Made by a program: the position numbers and the translations under genes
Shown here: piece by piece, positions 36,114 through 37,887 of the stretch
Numbering within the stretch: the stretch's first letter is position 1
Layout: each line of letters opens with the position of its first letter
Notes under the pieces: generated by a model
Databases searched by the model: none
Told to the model about the DNA's origin: nothing
The model's input: only the letters and a program-made list of their open reading frames with translations
NCBI GenBank assembly: GCA_964016885.1
Contig: CAXHJY010000755.1
Location: forward strand, 1-37,887
Origin: Eledone cirrhosa
Taxonomy: Eukaryota
DNA: 37,887 nt
Direction of reading: 5' to 3'

Positions 36114-36466
36114 TGAAACAAAATGAAAACGAAATTTCATTTCTCACTCTTAGTATGGCACTTACTTAAATGTAAGTATGCATGTATACGTACATACATA
36201 TATGTATACAGACGTACAGTAGCATGCACATATATATATATATATACACATATACATACATATGCATACAGGTACACATACATATATGCACGTATCAGTT
36301 TAGCGGCGCTTATTATAACGTCGCTTTGTTCGTTTGTAAACAAACTGAACAGCCTGAATTTATGCCATACGGTGTATGTATAGTAATAATAATAAAATTG
36401 AAGACTAAAATCCAAAGAGGGCTCGATAAGGAAAATATATATCAAATATATAAGAACTGTAGAGCA
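36111..36466 (+). mobile_element. Diverged copy of the element at 20670-21645
   Basis: aaaacgaaatttcatttctcactcttagta...acttaaat...tatacgtacatac...tatacagacgtacagtag is the diverged reverse complement of 21535-21640. Confidence 0.7.
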
Positions 36467-36654
36467 AATATAAATATATATATATATAATGTATATATAT
36501 ATATAAATATATATATATATAATGTATATATATATATAAAATATATATATAATGTATATATATATATAAATATATATATATATAATGTATATATATATAT
36601 AAATATATATATATATAATGTATATATATATATAAATATATATATATATAATGT

Positions 36655-36687
<33 letters not shown>

Positions 36688-36707
36688 AATATATATATAT
36701 ATAATGT

Positions 36708-36740
<33 letters not shown>

Positions 36741-36830
36741 AATATATATATATATAATGTATATATATATATATAAATATATATATATATAATGTATATA
36801 TATATATATAAATATATATATATATAATGT

Positions 36831-36865
<35 letters not shown>

Positions 36866-36912
36866 AATATATATATATATAAATATATATATAATGTATA
36901 TATATATATAAA

Positions 36913-36946
<34 letters not shown>

Positions 36947-37127
36947 AATATATATATAATGTATATATATAAATATATATATAATGTATATATATATATA
37001 TATATGTAATGTATATATATATATATATAATGTATATATATATATATATATGTAATGTATATATATATATATATATGTAATGTATATATATATATATATA
37101 TATAATGTATATATATATATATATATA

Positions 37128-37163
<36 letters not shown>

Positions 37164-37204
37164 CGTATATATATATATATATATATAATGTATATATATA
37201 TATA

Positions 37205-37235
<31 letters not shown>

Positions 37236-37238
37236 ATG

Positions 37239-37280
<42 letters not shown>

Positions 37281-37350
37281 GTATGTATATATATATATAT
37301 ATATATATAATGTATATATATATATAATGTATATATATATATATAATGTA

Positions 37351-37381
<31 letters not shown>

Positions 37382-37385
37382 TATG

Positions 37386-37417
<32 letters not shown>

Positions 37418-37717
37418 TATAATGTATATATATATATATATATATAATGTGTATATATATATAATGCATATGTATATATATAATGTATACATATATATAT
37501 ATAATGTATATATATATATATAATGTATATATATGTATATATATAATGTATATATATATAATGTATATATACATTATATATATATACATTATATATATAC
37601 ATATATATACATTATATATATATATATACATTATATATATATATGTATACATTATATATATACATATGCATTATATAAATATACACATTATATATATATA
37701 TATATATACACATTATA

Positions 37718-37751
<34 letters not shown>

Positions 37752-37755
37752 CATA

Positions 37756-37786
<31 letters not shown>

Positions 37787-37887
37787 TACATTATATATAT
37801 ATATATACATTATATATATATATATATACATTATATATATATATATATATATATAATGTATATATATATATATATAATGTATATATA
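36467..37887. repeat. (TA)n-ATG / (TA)n-AA compound satellite with a large internal fold-back centred at 37567/37568
   Basis: Directly visible; markers such as atgcatatg (37464) mirror at about 37663-37671. Confidence 0.92.

Noticed and set aside
36398-36445. TTGAAGA...GAAA-atatata-TC in the diverged copy of the 20.7-kb element
   Set aside because: Stems I and II do not pair; cannot be distinguished from chance.

Overview
AT-rich, microsatellite-dominated animal genomic DNA. The SINE/RTE tail types and huge (TA)n tracts suggest a cephalopod, probably octopus (inference). Nearly all long ORFs in the track are (TA)n/(CA)n artefacts. Real content, all identified by eye: (i) probable small exons of an unidentified minus-strand gene in 1.3-10.3 kb; (ii) RTE-clade LINE 3' fragments and two tRNA-derived SINE families; (iii) several Penelope-like elements (PLEs): a near full-length decayed Naiad-type copy with direct pseudo-LTRs (11.8-15.3 kb), truncated Naiad-type copies (8.1-9.5 and 15.6-18.8 kb) and a Neptune-type copy with inverted termini (22.2-26.5 kb); (iv) a full-length CR1-group LINE (29.9-34.6 kb, minus). 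Its ORF1 has an N-terminal Myb/SANT-like domain, polyQ and a CCCH finger, and joins an AUG-less ORF2 through a U-UUU-UUA slippery site. The most striking non-coding signal is ten type-I hammerhead ribozyme folds. They sit in PLE termini and in ORF-less, retrozyme-like elements inserted in (TA)n. Several have a very long stem II or recurrent non-canonical core positions, and two lie back-to-back in a perfect 410-bp palindrome. No searches or folding programs were run.
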